Source: Tsukamurella phage TPA2 | Strand: one strand, 5' to 3' | Sequence record: NC_015210.1 | Length of the DNA: 24,000 nucleotides | Shown here: in pieces, positions 21,921-24,000 of the stretch | Position numbering within the stretch: position 1 is the stretch's first letter | Layout: each line of letters opens with the position of its first letter | Position numbers and translations under genes: made by a program | The notes under the pieces: generated by a model | Database searches by the model: none | What the model was told of the DNA's origin: nothing | The model's input: only the letters and a program-made list of their open reading frames with translations

Positions 21921-24000
21921 GCGGGGTTCTCCTCGTTCTGAATCGAGCTGGTGGCGACGGCGTCGGCCGACGCCGTCTGTCGGGCGGTGGCCCTGCTGGT
22001 CGGGCCGGGCACGTAGCGCGCGCCGGACGGCGTGCCGGACAAGGTCTCGATGAGCCCGAGGCGCAGCCCGAGGTCGACGGCCTCGGCGACGCACCGCTTC
22101 CAGTGCCGGGCGGCGTCGCCGCGCGAGCGGCTGTAGTCGTCCAGGTCGACGCCGTTCGCGATCTCGGCGCGCGTCGCGCCCTGCGTCGGCAGGCGGTCGA
22201 CGAAGTCGCGAATGCGCACGGCGATCTCGATCGTGGGCTCGGGCGTCGGCGGCGCGTAGGTGAAGGCGTCGTCGGCCAGCGGGTCGACGGTGCCGGTCAC
22301 GCCCGTGATGATGACGGAATCGTTCTCCGGCCACGAGACCATGCACAGCCGCAGCGGGTCGACCAGCAGCTCGGCGTTCTTCTGCTTGCTGGTGATCAGC
22401 TCGATGGCCTTGCCGGGCAGGTCGGCGACCTCGTCGCCGCTCCAGCCCGCGGTGACCAGCAGCTCGGAATCCAGCGCGCCGTTCAGCGCCGAGCTACCGC
22501 GGCCGACGGTGGGGTTCCCCTTGGCCGTGTGGTGCACCACGAGCACGCCGGTCTTGGTGTGCTCGCGGAACTGGTCGAACCGGCGGATGCCCTTGTTGGT
22601 GTCCGTCGCGCTGTTCTCCTCCATGCCCAGCGACATGCGCGCGTAGGTATCGAAGATCACCAGCCCGATCTTGTGCTCGGCGACGTACTGCGTCAGCACC
22701 GCCCAGGCGTCTTTGTCGGCGGCCAGATTGATGATCGAGTCGCCGAGCAGCAGGTCGCGGCCGACCTCCACGCCGTGCGCCTGCTCCCACGCGAGGAGAC
22801 GCTGGACCGCGCCCGTCAAGCCCTCGCCGGGCAGGTAGAGCACGCGGGTCTTCAGGGTCTTGCGGCCCTGCCACGGGCGGCCGGTCACGATGTGACAGGC
22901 CAGGTCGAGCGCGACCGAGGACTTGCCCGTGCCCGGCGCGCCGATGATCGCGGACAGGCCGCCGTGCTCGATCAGATCCTCCACGACGTACGACGGCGGC
23001 GGGGTGTGCCGCCAGTACGCGAACGGCGCGATCTTCGGCACGCCCTGCACGTCCGAGTTCAGGATGTCCGGGTCGTCCTCCTCGTCGGGGAACGGCGCGG
23101 CGTCGATCTGCTCGGCCGTGGGGTTCGCACCGTCGGGCAGGTCGAAGGGCGGCGGGGTGTGCTCGTGGTCGTCGTGACCCTCGGCGGTGTCCGAGCCCGA
23201 GGTCGTTTCCTCCTCGTCGGCGCTGTCCGAGCTGGACGTATCCCACGGCGGCGTGGTGTCCGGCGCGACCGTCGGGGCCGGAATGTCCTCGTCCAGGTTT
23301 GACGTGTTGCCCTCGTCGCGGCCCATCGAGCGGGTGTCGACGCCGGACTCGGACAGAATCACGTCCTGCGGGGTGAGGTCGAGCGCGTCCATCGCCTTGC
23401 CGATCGAGCCGTCGAACTCGGTCAGCGCGATGGCCTGGAGCTTCGAGAGCGTCGAGGTGCCGTGCTCGGCGATGTACTTCTCGAAGGGCTCGCCGGGGTT
23501 GTACGTCCAGATGTGCAGCGGCGCGTTCGTCTGCGTGTACCGACCCTCGGTGCACCCGGTGTCGTGCGCGGTCGCCGACTTCGGCGACGAGTGCGCGCCG
23601 GGCGCGGTCCAGACCGGGCAGCCGCAACCGTCCGGCCGGGCGGCGGGCGTCCAGCCGATGGGCGAGAGGATATCCGACCATGAGACCTGCTGACTCCACG
23701 CGTCGATCGCGGTCGCCAGGCCCTCGTCGCGCGGGCCGTCGTGCTTCATGCGCGCGGCGCGTCGGTCGGCCTGCTCCAGGATGGCGTCGACCAGCTCCTC
23801 GGTCGCGGGGTAGTCCCGGCCGAGCAGTTCGTACGGTCCCTCCTCACGGATCGACGGCGGGATCACGACGTACCGCTGAGCCCAGAGGATGGCGTACTTG
23901 GCCTCGGGGTCCGAGCCGACGACCATCGCGCCTGGCTGGCTCGGCAGCTCGACGCCCTCGGGCAGAGTGAAGTAGAAGTGACCGCCGTCCTTGTGCAGCC
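21917..24000 (-). CDS. Primase-helicase: PriPol-like N-terminal domain fused to a RepA-like AAA (AAA_25) helicase; 5' end outside window
   Basis: The frame is open from the window edge (LHKDGGHFYFTLPEGVELPSQPGAMVVGSDPEAKYAILWAQRYVVIPPSIREEGPYEL, PriPol-like GGHFYF and VIPPS). Downstream Walker A GAPGTGKSS, VIFDTYARMS, VVHHTAK, GSSALNGALDS are typical of AAA_25/RepA. Confidence 0.82.
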   Translation of the reverse strand, partial: LHKDGGHFYFTLPEGVELPSQPGAMVVGSDPEAKYAILWAQRYVVIPPSIREEGPYELLGRDYPATEELVDAILEQADRRAARMKHDGPRDEGLATAIDAWSQQVSWSDILSPIGWTPAARPDGCGCPVWTAPGAHSSPKSATAHDTGCTEGRYTQTNAPLHIWTYNPGEPFEKYIAEHGTSTLSKLQAIALTEFDGSIGKAMDALDLTPQDVILSESGVDTRSMGRDEGNTSNLDEDIPAPTVAPDTTPPWDTSSSDSADEEETTSGSDTAEGHDDHEHTPPPFDLPDGANPTAEQIDAAPFPDEEDDPDILNSDVQGVPKIAPFAYWRHTPPPSYVVEDLIEHGGLSAIIGAPGTGKSSVALDLACHIVTGRPWQGRKTLKTRVLYLPGEGLTGAVQRLLAWEQAHGVEVGRDLLLGDSIINLAADKDAWAVLTQYVAEHKIGLVIFDTYARMSLGMEENSATDTNKGIRRFDQFREHTKTGVLVVHHTAKGNPTVGRGSSALNGALDSELLVTAGWSGDEVADLPGKAIELITSKQKNAELLVDPLRLCMVSWPENDSVIITGVTGTVDPLADDAFTYAPPTPEPTIEIAVRIRDFVDRLPTQGATRAEIANGVDLDDYSRSRGDAARHWKRCVAEAVDLGLRLGLIETLSGTPSGARYVPGPTSRATARQTASADAVATSSIQNEENPA

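Noticed and set aside
22103-23926. Long plus- and minus-strand ORFs (399 aa, 401 aa) overlapping the primase-helicase gene
   Set aside because: Composition is typical of GC-skew shadow frames. The 669-aa frame carries Walker motifs.
1-24000. CRISPR array, tRNA or rRNA genes, transposon, toxin-antitoxin or restriction system
   Set aside because: No regularly spaced short repeats, no cloverleaf-like or rRNA-like segments, no transposase motifs. The SF2 helicase and RecB/Cas4-like nuclease fit a phage replication/recombination module better than a defence island.

Overview
The window looks like part of a dsDNA tailed (siphovirus-type) actinobacteriophage genome. A lysin B and LGFP-type repeats in lysin A suggest a mycolic-acid host; this is inference and the genus cannot be called. 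Transcription direction alternates in four blocks. (1) Rightward 3-12130: 3' part of the tape measure gene with a transglycosylase-like domain, minor tail/baseplate-type genes, a putative frameshifted tail-chaperone-like pair, and repeat-rich tail fibre genes. (2) Leftward 12178-14644: small regulatory and accessory genes (AlpA/excisionase-like HTH, XRE-like HTH, a 49-aa CxxC protein, a secreted acidic protein, a DUF6011-like protein). (3) Rightward 14747-17232: lysB and lysA. (4) Leftward 17323 to beyond 24000: replication/recombination genes (RecB/Cas4-like nuclease, SF2 helicase, PriPol-RepA-type primase-helicase). The most interesting unannotated signal is a family of leftward promoters at ~13057-13085, 14686-14714 and 21127-21155. 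All have TTGAC(A/T), exactly 17 nt, then a TA-rich -10, with a shared AGTAGGTA element at the spacer/-10 junction. At the third site this element becomes a perfect 8+1+8 palindrome (TACCTACT-C-AGTAGGTA). A related site sits inside the 3' end of the XRE-like gene. Together these look like a phage operator/regulon. The third promoter is followed by a perfect 16-bp inverted repeat in the helicase leader. Two strong hairpins mark the convergent gene boundaries. I found no CRISPR array, tRNA, integrase or clear new defence system.
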